A stretch of DNA of 64,000 nt, taken from Octopus sinensis (Eukaryota). A program made the translations under genes and the position numbers. Positions 39,534 through 52,449 of the stretch are shown in pieces. How positions within the stretch are numbered: the stretch's first letter is position 1; each line of letters opens with the position of its first letter. Under the pieces are notes generated by a model. That model saw only the letters and a list, made by a program, of their open reading frames with translations, was not told the origin of the DNA and searched no databases. The DNA lies in NCBI RefSeq assembly GCF_006345805.1, contig NC_043012.1, positions 11,966,001 through 12,030,000 on the forward strand, read 5' to 3'.

Positions 39534-40062
39534 CTGTAAAAATGGTCTTCTTTGACAAAAATGAGAATCTCAAGTCTTAGCTATGTCGGAAGTCATTGTA
39601 TTTAGACATAAAGAACCAAAAAGTTTTTGCAAATGCGTCTATATTTTTTCTTATTGCAACAGCCAATGCGACTAATTACACTGGCACCACCACCATGACG
39701 CCTACGACGACGACTATCACCACCACGACTACAACCGCTACCACCGACCTCATCTTCATGACATGTCGTCGCCCTCACCGGCTTCATTGTCGGTGTCATC
39801 ATCATGATCATGGTTATTGACGGCAATATTAAAACGAAGATCACACAATAGTGCATGCCCGTAGATCTGCTTTCGTAGAGCTATACATACGTACCTACAT
39901 ACATATATGCATACATGAATATATAATTACACACACTTACATACACAACCGCACACGCATATGCACATATCCGTGTGTGAATGTGTGTGTGAGTGTATCT
40001 GTATGCGTGTGTTTTTATCATTAGGCTAATGACTCTCCCAAGACCTGATATACATACATACA

Positions 40063-40098
<36 letters not shown>

Positions 40099-40735
40099 TA
40101 CATATATAATATATATATGCGCGGTTGTGTGTGTCAGATATGGATACGTGTGTACATACATGCAGTAATGCAATTATCGGTAGGACGGGAAGTTATGGGA
40201 GCTGTAAATGTCTCCGTGTTAGTAATTGAACCTTTCGGTATGAAAACGCCAGTGCTATGCGATATCAAGCTCAACTAAAACCAAACGGAATATTCAAGTA
40301 TTATTCTCGTTTTTCCCAAGTCGACATACGTCGCCGAAGTAATCTCAATTGGGAATTGAAGCTCTGTTCCACATCATGTTACTTGGTACGTATATAAAAA
40401 AAAAGTCACACCTAGAAATAGCAGCCAAATGACTCAAACCAGAATCTACCATTGAAAATAAAATATTGATTGAATTTGTGATAGATACATCCTGTCTCAC
40501 AAGAATAAGGACTGGTCAAATTCGGAAAATCTCTCTCGTGAAAAACATTAAGGATTTAAATCAACTTAATGTTCATAAATTTGAATATTAATTGTATGTT
40601 AATTAGTCATTGAATGCTATTCTAGTTTATTGCACCTTTTGTTAGGTTGTTGATCTATCAGTTTACCTATCAAGCTCTCTATCGATCAGACCTATCCATC
40701 AGTGTATTGATTGAAATTTACGTCTATATACCAAA

Positions 40736-40821
<86 letters not shown>

Positions 40822-41044
40822 ATATATATATATATATCTATCAAATTGACCTACCTATCAATCAATCTATTGATGTATCGTTATCTATATCTCTCTAATA
40901 GCATACATACACTAGACTCTACACATTCACATATACATACCTATAACCTCCATACCTATCCACATATATATATATGATTATATATACACATACTCCAACA
41001 TGCTCATGTATACAAGTAATGCACATACACAACAGATAGTTAAA

Positions 41045-41097
<53 letters not shown>

Positions 41098-41378
41098 TGT
41101 GTGTGTTGTGCTTAACTATTTGCGTCATTACCTTTACCTGTATGAAGACTACCTTATGAATTCATTTGCATATAACGTGTGCGTGTGAAAGTAGAGGTGT
41201 ATGCGTATGAGTACGTATACAATCTGTGTGTGTGCATGTGTGTATGTAGGAATGTATATAATTTAGTTTGATTCAGGCCCTCACGCTAAGAACTCTGGTA
41301 TAACACTAACATCATGAATCTCTGTGTATATATAATAATATATAATATCTACTTTATTTAAAGCAGCAGAAATTCAAC

Positions 41379-41426
41379 AAAACCTGTTACTCTGAGTTTC
41401 CCGTTGCTATTCATCGGACAGTTTTT
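41379..41426 (-). ncRNA. Type I hammerhead ribozyme-like motif (mirror copy)
   Basis: Mirror of 41434-41481; stem II region ATA-GCAA-CGG; GUA triplet at 41390-41388. Confidence 0.55.
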
Positions 41427-41433
41427 GCTAGCA

Positions 41434-41481
41434 AAAAACTGTCCGATGAATGGCAACGGGAAACTCAGAGTAACAGGTTTT
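41434..41481 (+). ncRNA. Type I hammerhead ribozyme-like motif
   Basis: AAAAACTGT-CCGATGA-ATG(GCAA)CGG-GAA-ACT(CAG)AGT-A-ACAGGTTTT: stem I 8/9 bp, stem III 3 bp, GUA cleavage triplet (41470-41472); U4C core variant and weak stem II. Confidence 0.55.
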
Positions 41482-41724
41482 GTTGAATTTTTCTGCTGCT
41501 TTAAATAAAGCATATTACTCACCACTGGTATTTGAGTACTCTTTTTTCCACCTTGTTTCACATTATGTGGTTTACTCCCGGTATATATATATATATCCTA
41601 TATATATGTGTGTTGTGGTGTGTGTGTGTGTGTGTTGTGTGTGGTGTGTGTGTTGTATATATATAAATGTATATGTATATGTATATATATGCATATGCAT
41701 ATACATATATATATATAATGTATG

Positions 41725-41764
<40 letters not shown>

Positions 41765-41766
41765 TT

Positions 41767-41886
41767 TCGACAAAAGAAACCGAAGGAATAAGTACCAAAT
41801 TTCCCAAAATGAACTGCTGGGGTCGATTTGTTCGTCTTTGCCCTTCAAGATGGTGCCCCAGAATCCGTTGACTGAAACAAGCTAAA
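41767..41886 (+). mobile_element. SINE-C, 3' half
   Basis: GAATAAGTACC...CTGGGGTCGATTTGTTCGTC...GGTGCCCCAGAAT...ACTGAAACAAG. Confidence 0.65.
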
Positions 41887-41915
41887 AGTTTTCTGTCTGT
41901 CTGTCTGTCTGTCTC

Positions 41916-41964
<49 letters not shown>

Positions 41965-42850
41965 GTCTATATATGTACATGTATAAAATAATTTAATATA
42001 GACAGCCATTTACAATGTTTTTAGCAGATAGGACAACTATGATATAATTCTCACTAAATGTGACTAGGGTCTTAGAAGATCTACACTGGTAGAAATAAGA
42101 CCTAAAAAGCCCCAATGCTGTAGTTAACACATTCACACACACATACACACACACACCACACACACACACACACCACAGACTCTCTCTCTCTCTCTTGCTT
42201 CTCTCTCTCTCTATCACACATGTGTATATGTGTGTGTATATATATATATATATATATGTATGTATTTATACACATATATGTCCATAGTCTAGTTTTAGTG
42301 TTTCAGTAATGATAAAATAAACTAAACACATACCCTTGTATAAACGTAATGAATACAACATACATACATACATGCATACATACATATATACATGCATACA
42401 TACATACATACATACATACATACATAGGAGCGTACATACTTAAATACATACCTACAGGCAAACATACATGCGTGCGTGCACCCGTACACGCTCGCATGCA
42501 TACATTCTTATATACACACTAACATTTATGCAAGTGCGTATGAAGTGTGCGTCTATGTAAAAAAACAAAACCGATTATATATGTAAATACCTAATTGCCA
42601 ATACAACTTAATCTATGTAAATATATGTAAATTCATCGTACGGTAACATGTAAGGGGTCAGGGTGAGAGTTGATAGTACAACTAAGAAAAATGAAATACT
42701 TTTTTTAGTCACCCAATCTCATACAGTCTCATACTCACAAATACGCACACAGACAAGCCTATGTATTCAGATATACACACATATACGTACAAAGCGTATA
42801 GTGCCCCAGAAAAGCTATACATGCACACAATTTTATTCATACCCCCACTC

Positions 42851-42880
<30 letters not shown>

Positions 42881-42882
<2 letters not shown>

Positions 42883-42996
42883 CGAGATACCACCATGCTG
42901 AAATATAGCAGCCATGATCTGACGCTAAAACCACCTTAATTAAGGTGGTTTTAGCGTTAGATCATGGCTGCTATTTTCACCATGGTGTATCTCGTA
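42881..42996. mobile_element. 116-bp loop-less palindromic element (MITE-like, TA ends)
   Basis: Centre CCACCTTAA|TTAAGGTGG; arms differ at 4 positions; termini TACGAGATAC/GTATCTCGTA. Confidence 0.85.
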
Positions 42997-43101
42997 GATA
43001 CCCTAATTTATAATTTTAATAATTATTACCTTTCAAGGTTATTTTTTTCCATGCTGACCACTTGATAAAATCGTTATTTTATTTTAAATTTACGATCTTA
43101 T

Positions 43102-43153
<52 letters not shown>

Positions 43154-43577
43154 ATATATCTGTACATGCATACCGTGTATGTTATATATTATATCTCTTT
43201 ATCTATCTATCTATTTATCTAGCAATCCATCTATACGTTTAAAGCTACACATATATACATACATACATGCATACATACATACATATACACACGTACATAT
43301 ACGTGGGTGTGTGTATGTGCGAATATATTCATATCTGAATATAAATGTCAATGTATGTTATAATAGTGATATTAATAACAAAGTCGTGTTATCACGCCGC
43401 TACTTTCATTCTACCGCAGTGACCTCTACCGTGAAACGCTGCTACCGTTATTATTATTAATATTGTTATTGAAAACTGCAGTTCTTGTCAGTGTTTAAAC
43501 GAGCGAGACTTGCTACAGTCACCTTAAACAGCTGTATAGAGTTGATAAGATCTTTGAAAGCCGGCGGTTCTTTAGAG

Positions 43578-44468
43578 CGACACATAGATAGAGAGGGTTG
43601 GAGCGTTGAAGCCGTAACAGAAAGGGAGACGGTGTGAGAACGAGAGAAAAGCTGAAAGGTGGAGAGGAAGAGTTAGATGATAAGGGAGAGAAAGAGAGGC
43701 ATAGAGAGAGAGAATGAAGAGAAATGAAGTGAAAGAAAGGGGTGTAGGTGGGGATGCAGGTGGGGATGCAGGTGGGGGAGAATTATAACATTTAATGCTT
43801 CTATTTCTATCTGCTGCTGGTTTTGCTGTTGTTGCTACCGCCACTTCCCTTGTGACACCTCCTCTCACTGCAACCGCCACTTCACCAACCACCGATCAAC
43901 CCCCGCTGCAATCGCTCGCTACCTCCACCTCCACCGCTGCTAAGTATTGCTATATACCCCCCTCTCCACTGCCACCGTCACCATCATCATCGTCGTCATC
44001 CTCATCACCGCCTCCGTCGCCGTCGCCACCATCTCCTCCCTGCTCTCTCTCTCTCACTAGCACCATCATCACCACTATTATCAACACCGTCACCGTCACC
44101 GTCGCACACTCAGCTTATTGCTTGTACGCCAACGACGACACTACCGCCTTCACCGTCACAGTCATTAACATCACCCACCACTACTACAACCACCAGCACA
44201 AGTACTACTACCACCACCACCATCACCCACCAGCAACACCAACACCACCAACACCAACTCTACCATGACCATCACTTCTATAACTGCGGCTTCTGTTGCA
44301 TTTATTAAAACCACCGCCGCCGCCACCACCACCAGCACCACCTCCAACACCACCAACATCAACTCTACCATGACCATCACTTCTGTAATTGCGACTTCTG
44401 TTGCGTTATTTACAGCCGCCGTCACCAACACCAACACCACTACTACTACAACTACTACTACTACTACA

Positions 44469-44511
<43 letters not shown>

Positions 44512-45448
44512 GTGCTTTAACGGTTACAGATAACTGTTAAATGAGGATAAGAGGTGTGTATTGGCGGTAGCAGTTGCGGTTGAAGTAGAAGTAATGATAT
44601 GAGTTGTGGGGTTAGTATTGGTGTTGGTAGCGGTAGTGGTGGGAGCGAGTTCGAACGATGGTAACGGTAGTCGCAGTCAAGTGTTAGAAACACTGACTAT
44701 GTAAATTGCAGTACTAGTAGGAGTGGTGTTACTCAGAGAAAGTGTTGGTTGCAGTACTTTTAGGAGTGAGTGGCAGTGATGCTAATGTCGGCTGCAGTAA
44801 AAGTAGGAGTGTTGCTAGTAGGCTCATCGAGGTAGTGTCGGTTGCAGTAGGGCTGGTTTAGTGCCACCAGTGTTAGTGGAGGTAGTGTTGGCGGTAGCAG
44901 AGTGTCATTGGCGTTGCTTGTGGTAGTGTTGGTTGGTATTTCCGGTGAGTGTTATTTGTAGTATTAGTCCTGGTCGTGTTGGTGGTAGTATAAGAGTGGT
45001 ATTATTAATGCTAGTGTTGTAGTAGCAATGAAATAGTATCGGTGCTATTTAGTGGTGGTTGTGTTGGGTTTACTAGTAGAAGTTGTAGTCGGCAGTTGCG
45101 GAGAAGTGATGTTTGTACTGTTAGTGGTGGTTGTATTGGTCGTAGTATATGAGTGGTATTACTAAAAGTAGGGTTGTAGTAGTTTTGGAATTGTATAAGT
45201 ATTGTCTCGTGGTGGTTTTGTAGGTAGTAGTTTTACAGTGGTGTTACTAGCGGTAGATAGTACTATTGGTTGTAACAGCAGTGGAGTGGTGCCAAGGGAC
45301 TTAGCGATGGTTTATAGGTAGTAGTGCTAAAGAAGTGCTGTTCTTAGAGGTAGTGAGGTGTTGGTTGTAGTTGTATAGTGGGTAGATTGATGTCAGAGGA
45401 GTTAGTGCATCACTCCCACTCACTCCTAAAGTACTGCAACCAACACTT
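43578..45448 (+). repeat. Copy 1 of a 1.87-kb direct duplication, ending at the N gap
   Basis: Near-identical to 45549-47418. Confidence 0.95.
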
Positions 45449-45548
45449 NNNNNNNNNNNNNNNNNNNNNNNNNNNNNNNNNNNNNNNNNNNNNNNNNNNN
45501 NNNNNNNNNNNNNNNNNNNNNNNNNNNNNNNNNNNNNNNNNNNNNNNN
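45449..45548. other. Assembly gap of exactly 100 N
   Basis: Direct observation. Confidence 1.
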
Positions 45549-46435
45549 CGACACATAGATAGAGAGGGTTGGAGCGTTGAAGCCGTAACAGAAAGGGAGA
45601 CGGTTTGAGAACGAGAGAAAAGCTGAAAGGTGGAGAGGAAGAGTTAGATGATAGGGAGAGAAAGAGAGGCATAGAGAGAGAGAATGAAGAGAATGAAGTG
45701 AAAGAAAGGGGTAGGGGGGGATGCAGGTGGGGATGCAGGTGGGGGAGAATTATAACATTTAATGCTTCTATTTCTATCTGCTGCTGGTTTTGCTGTTGTT
45801 GCTACCGCCACTTCCCTTGTGACACCTCCTCTCACTGCAACCGCCACTTCACCAACCACCGATCAACCCCCGCTGCAATCGCTCGCTACCTCCACCTCCA
45901 CCGCTGCTAAGTATTGCTATATACCCCCCTCTCCACTGCCACCGTCACCATCATCATCGTCGTCATCCTCATCACCGCCTCCGTCGCCGTCGCCACCATC
46001 TCCTCCCTGCTCTCTCTCTCTCACTAGCACCATCATCACCACTATTATCAACACCGTCACCGTCACCGTCGCACACTCAGCTTATTGCTTGTACGCCAAC
46101 GACGACACTACCGCCTTCACCGTCACAGTCATTAACATCACCCACCACTACTACAACCACCAGCACAAGTACTACTACCACCACCACCATCACCCACCAG
46201 CAACACCAACACCACCAACACCAACTCTACCATGACCATCACTTCTATAACTGCGGCTTCTGTTGCATTTATTAAAACCACCGCCGCCGCCACCACCACC
46301 AGCACCACCTCCAACACCACCAACATCAACTCTACCATGACCATCACTTCTGTAATTGCGACTTCTGTTGCGTTATTTACAGCCGCCGTCACCAACACCA
46401 ACACCACTACTACTACAACTACTACTACTACTACA

Positions 46436-46478
<43 letters not shown>

Positions 46479-47418
46479 GTGCTTTAACGGTTACAGATAA
46501 CTGTTAAATGAGGATAAGAGGTGTGTATTGGCGGTAGCAGTTGCGGTTGAAGTAGAAGTAATGATATGAGTTGTGGGGTTAGTATTGGTGTTGGTAGCGG
46601 TAGTGGTGGGAGCGAGTTCGAACGATGGTAACGGTAGTCGCAGTCAAGTGTTAGAAACACTGACTATGTAAATTGCAGTACTAGTAGGAGTGGTGTTACT
46701 CAGAGAAAGTGTTGGTTGCAGTACTTTTAGGAGTGAGTGGCAGTGATGCTAATGTCGGCTGCAGTAAAAGTAGGAGTGTTGCTAGTAGGCTCATCGAGGT
46801 AGTGTCGGTTGCAGTAGGGCTGGTTTAGTGCCACCAGTGTTAGTGGAGGTAGTGTTGGCGGTAGCAGAGTGTCATTGGCGTTGCTTGTGGTAGTGTTGGT
46901 TGGTATTTCCGGTGAGTGTTATTTGTAGTATTAGTCCTGGTCGTGTTGGTGGTAGTATAAGAGTGGTATTATTAATGCTAGTGTTGTAGTAGCAATGAAA
47001 TAGTATCGGTGCTATTTAGTGGTGGTTGTGTTGGGTTTACTAGTAGAAGTTGTAGTCGGCAGTTGCGGAGAAGTGATGTTTGTACTGTTAGTGGTGGTTG
47101 TATTGGTCGTAGTATATGAGTGGTATTACTAAAAGTAGGGTTGTAGTAGTTTTGGAATTGTATAAGTATTGTCTCGTGGTGGTTTTGTAGGTAGTAGTTT
47201 TACAGTGGTGTTACTAGCGGTAGATAGTACTATTGGTTGTAACAGCAGTGGAGTGGTGCCAAGGGACTTAGCGATGGTTGTATAGGTAGTAGTGCTAAAG
47301 AAGTGCTGTTCTTAGAGGTAGTGATGGTGTTGGTTGTAGTTGTAGTAGTGGTAGATTGATGTCAGAGGAGTTAGTGCATCACTCCCACTCACTCCTAAAA
47401 GTACTGCAACCAACACTT
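45549..47418 (+). repeat. Copy 2 of the 1.87-kb duplication
   Basis: Starts CGACACATAGATAGAGAGGG as at 43578; ends CAACCAACACTT as at 45448. Confidence 0.95.
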
Positions 47419-47540
47419 CCTCTAAGTAACACCACTCCTACTAGTACTGCAATTTACACAGTTTGTGTTTCTAACAATTGACTGCGACTACCGTTACCAT
47501 CGTTCGAACTCGCTCCCACCACTACCGCTACCAACACCAA
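47371..47540 (-). repeat. Inverted duplicate of 46585-46752
   Basis: ACCATCGTTCGAACTCGCTCCCACC etc. is the reverse complement of the upstream segment, with several substitutions. Confidence 0.9.
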
Positions 47541-49103
47541 GTTATTATAAGAATAGTGAAAGTGGGTGAGAGAGAAACAGTGACAGTAGCGGTGGTTGTA
47601 GTGGTGATGGTTGTGGTGGTGGTGCTTGTGATGATGTTGGCGAGACTGGCATTGGCTGCAGTATAAGAGTGGTGTTACTAATGCTTGTAATTGTAGCAAT
47701 GGAATAGTATAAGCATAGTTTAGTGGTAGGTGTGTTGGTGCTAAAGTTGGAGTGGTGTTACAAACGGTAAATGGTACTGTTGGTTGTAGTAGCAATGTAG
47801 CGGTGCCAAAAAAAGTTAGTGATAGCTGTATTGGTAATAGTGTAAGAGTGGTACTACCAGCGGTGGTGCTATAGTAGTACAGGTATTGTTTAGTGGTAGT
47901 TGTGTTGGTTGAAGTATTGCAGTGGTGTTGCTAATAGTAGGCAGGTGGTTCGACTAGTGTCCCACTTGTTGTGGCTACAGTACTAGTGGTACACAGAGTG
48001 TGTGCAATTGCATCAGTGCTGGTTGTAGTATTTAGTGGTGCCTGTAAAAGTTGAGTAGGGTAGGGCTGAGGTTTGGTGATGTGATGTTGTGGCATTGATT
48101 ACATGACTAGTAATTAATGAGGTTATTTCTGGTGAGCCCCACGTCAGCCCTAATCGAGTGTGTGTATATATATATATGTATGTATGTATGTATGTACGTA
48201 TGTATGTACGTATGTATTTATGTATGTAATTTGTGTGCAAGTGTATGTATGTGTATGTATATATATATATGTTTGTGTGTATATACGTCTGAGTATATAC
48301 ATGTATGTATATGCATATATATACATGTGTGTGTATGTGTGTGTGTCTGTATGTATGTGTGTATGGCTATGTTCAATGTCATCCCATCCTTTTCCTCTAA
48401 AAGCAGCAATACAGTATCATATAATCCAACGAGTTTTATTTAAGGACGGTAGGGTTTGATTCCAAGAAGATTTGACTGTTATTTCTAGCACACAGAATAG
48501 TGACCACGTAGAAGTCACTCTCATAAGCTCAGCAAGGTAAGGAAATGATGGCAGTCTTGGTTGTAGTTGTTATGAAGGCTATCGATGATGATGATGATGA
48601 AGATGATGTTGAGGAAGATGATGAAGTCGGCGAGACTGGAGATAATGGTATTGAAAGGCAAATTCAATAAAAGAGTTATTATAAGAATAGTGAAGGGGGC
48701 GAGGGAGAAACAGTGACAGTAGCGGTGGTTGTAGTGGTGGTGGTTGTGGTGGTGTTGGTGGTGTTTGTGATGATGTTGGTGGTGATGGTGATGTCAGAAG
48801 TGGTGGTGGTTGATGCAGTGGTGATTGCTTTCGCTTAGCTCCTGGTCACCTCTGACGCAGAAGATCTTTTGGTGGTCAAGAGACATGATTTGATGTGCTC
48901 TTCCTTAGTTTAATAAATTGTTACGTTAATTCGAGGTCTTTTAGTTGATATTTCTAGCTGATCACACTACCTATATCAAGCTTCTTCCAATTATGTTATT
49001 GGTGGTGATGGAGACGGCTGCGGGAGGGAAGGACAGTATATAAGGTGACAGGATGGGTGAAGTGAAAGATATATATATATATATATACTTATATATATAT
49101 ACT

Positions 49104-49166
<63 letters not shown>

Positions 49167-49556
49167 CTCTCACAGCCTATATATATATCTATCTATCTGT
49201 CTCTTTCTTTCTCTCTCTCTCTCTCTCTGTATATATATATATATATAGTATATATATATATACAGAGAGAGAGAGATAGAGAAAGAAAGAGACAGACAGA
49301 CAGACAGATAGATAGATAGATAGATAGGCTGAGAGAGACAATGATGGAGAGATAGAGAGAGACGATGAGGCTGTCATGTGATGACGAAAGAGATGGTGTA
49401 AGGTAGGTGATAACGGTAGTGGTAGCAGTATTAGCTACAGGTAGGCTAAGCAAATACAGTTTATTAGCTGGCTGCAACAAGGTGTACAGGTGTGTACTTG
49501 CATAAAGACGTTAATTTGCCTGAGCCAGGGCATTATATATATTACCTACATATATC

Positions 49557-49591
<35 letters not shown>

Positions 49592-49604
49592 TAATATATA
49601 TGTG

Positions 49605-49635
<31 letters not shown>

Positions 49636-49794
49636 AACACACACACACACAGATACATAGAAAGATAGAGAGAGATAGTCGGACAGGTAGATAATAGAAA
49701 TAAATTGATGTGTGTGTGTGGCTGTTGTTGTACAAGCATATACTTTGGTATATATATATATATATATATTCTATTAATCTATCTATGCCTATGT

Positions 49795-50085
49795 AATAAG
49801 AAGTTTGCTTCCCAATCGCTTGTTTCCGGGTTCTGTCCCACTTGGTGACGCATTGGGCAAGTGCCTTCTGTGAGTGGATTTCGTTGAAGGAAGCTCTTTC
49901 AGTGTGTGCGTGTGTGTGTGAGAGAGAGAGTGTGTGTGTGTGTGTGGTGTGTATGTGTGTGTGTATGTACTTGTCCTCTGCCACCACTTAACAACCGTTG
50001 TTAGCTTACGTTCCCATAACTTAGCGGCTCGGTAGAACAACCCAATAAAATAATTAACAGTAGTGGGGTGAATTCGTTCAACTAG
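49795..50085 (+). mobile_element. Decayed SINE-C
   Basis: AAGAAGTTTGCTTCCCAA..TTCCGGGTTCTGTCCCAC head; CATAACTTAGCGGCTCGG body. Confidence 0.6.
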
Positions 50086-50541
50086 TCGAACGAATAAGTG
50101 CACGCGCGCACACACACACACACACACACGCACGCACACACACAGACAGACACACAGACACACATATACATGTTTGAATGAAGTACTTGTATCTATGATA
50201 AAATAAATAAATAAATAAATAAGTAAAAAGCAAAACAAGTAAAAATTGATTTAAAATAAAACTGCAAACACATGTCTATTGTAAATGCAACAGGTTGAAA
50301 GCAGTGTCCACGGTATCAGCTACTAATCCTGCATAATTGAATTAATGTAAAATATTAGCTGAACCTGGCAAATGGCGTCGTGTCACTCGGAGAAACGACA
50401 AAACAGTTTGATAAAGAAAGAGAACGAGAGAGAGAATGAGAGAGAGAGAGAGAGAGAGAGAGAGTAAGAAAGGTTTATCAATTAAATATTTATAGGTAAT
50501 AAAAGTTTCTTTTACAACTTAAAACTAGCAACGCTGAACGG

Positions 50542-50599
<58 letters not shown>

Positions 50600-50643
50600 A
50601 TATCTATCTATCTATCTATCTATCTGTCTGTCTGTCTGTCTGA

Positions 50644-50688
<45 letters not shown>

Positions 50689-50934
50689 AGCCAGACTGTC
50701 TCTCTGTCTGTGAGTCGGTCAGTCTTTCTGTTTGTGTGCCTGTGTTTTTCGTATGCTTCTCTCTGTCTTTAAATCTTTGTTAATTCCGCTAATCTAGTTT
50801 TTCTGTCACTGTGGTGTTTGTGTGAGGGTGGTCGTGCGCTTGTGTGTATATGTGCATGAATGTGTGTGTGGGTATGTATGTGTGTGTGGGTAAATATGTA
50901 ATGTAAAAACCTATATGTATGTATATATATATGT

Positions 50935-51005
<71 letters not shown>

Positions 51006-51009
51006 CTTT

Positions 51010-51400
51010 CTTTTCTTTTACTTGTTTCAGTCATTTGACTGTGGCCATTCTGTAGCACCGGCCTTAGTCGAACAAATCGATCCCAGGACTTATTCTTTTG
51101 TAAGCCTTGTACTTATTCTATCGGTCTCTTTTTGCCGAACCGCTAAGTTACGAGGACGTAAACACACCAGCATCGGTTGTCAAGCGATGTTGGAGGGACA
51201 AGAACAGACACACAAACACATACATATACACACATATACATATATACGACGGGCTTCTTTCAGTTTCCGTCTACCAAATCCTCTCAGAAGGTTTTGGTCG
51301 GCCCGAGGGTTTAGTAGAAGATACTTGCCCAAGGTGCCACACAGTGGGACTGAACCCGGAACCATGTGGTTCGTAAGCAAGCTACTTACCACAGAGCCAC
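51010..51400 (-). mobile_element. Full-length SINE-C
   Basis: All family-C segments present. Confidence 0.85.
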
Positions 51401-52449
51401 ATATCTAAATACATATATATATATTTTACATAATATAATATAATATATATGTAATATATAATATAATAGATATATATATATATATATGTAAGCAACAATC
51501 AGAAAACATGTATTGCTTATTAACACGTACCATGCTTTCGCAAATTCTTTGAGGTGCCTATGTAGTCGCTCTTAGATATAGAGATTCTTTTGTGTCTCCC
51601 ACGACGTGAATGCTGGCAGGAACATAGTTGCACTAGCAATCGTTGAATACTTATTCACAGCAAACTTCTGTTCGAGGTCACAGTCCCCATCCGGTCTCGA
51701 ACCTGTCACACATAATTCCCGCACATACACTTACATATACAGTGACGTACGTTATACATACTTACACACATATTTACGCACGTTCACTCATCCATAGAAA
51801 TATATGTATGTGTGTGCGTGTGCGTGTGTGACTCTTATGTATATGTATGTATACGCGTACATAATAGACAGAAAGAGAGACAAAGAAAATAAAAGAGGGG
51901 AGTGAAAGAGAATGGGGTAAAGAAGAAAGGAGAAGACAAGAGGAAAGACAAGGGAAAAGAGAGAAGAGGGGAGAGAGACGATTCGGTTACTTTTTGCTGA
52001 AGAAATTAATAGTAATGAAATTCATCTATTACCCGATCCCCAAATCAAATATGTAATTATATATATATATATTATTATATATATATATATTATATATATA
52101 TATATACACATACATTCATGCATATAATATATATATATATATTATATATATTATTACATACATACATACGTGCATACACACATATATTATTTGCTGTTGT
52201 TGAGCCACTTGAAGATAGCAAAACGGTTGTTGAACATGAAATTCGATACATCACGGAGAATAAAGCTTATTGATAATATTGACTCGAAGTTTCGCATTAT
52301 GGGTGTATACATACCTCACGCACACCCACGCACACCTACGGACACCTACGCATAATCATATATATATATATGTATGTGTGTGTGTGTGTGTGTATCATTG
52401 GCGATTTTTTTCCTTTTTCTTCCCTTCCTTGGACCTTTCCTTTATCTAT

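Larger units (their letters stand above)
41352..41510. mobile_element. 159-bp loop-less palindromic (foldback) element
   Basis: Arms of 78 and 81 bp around TTTTTGCT|AGCAAAAA differ by one substitution and two small indels. Confidence 0.9.
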
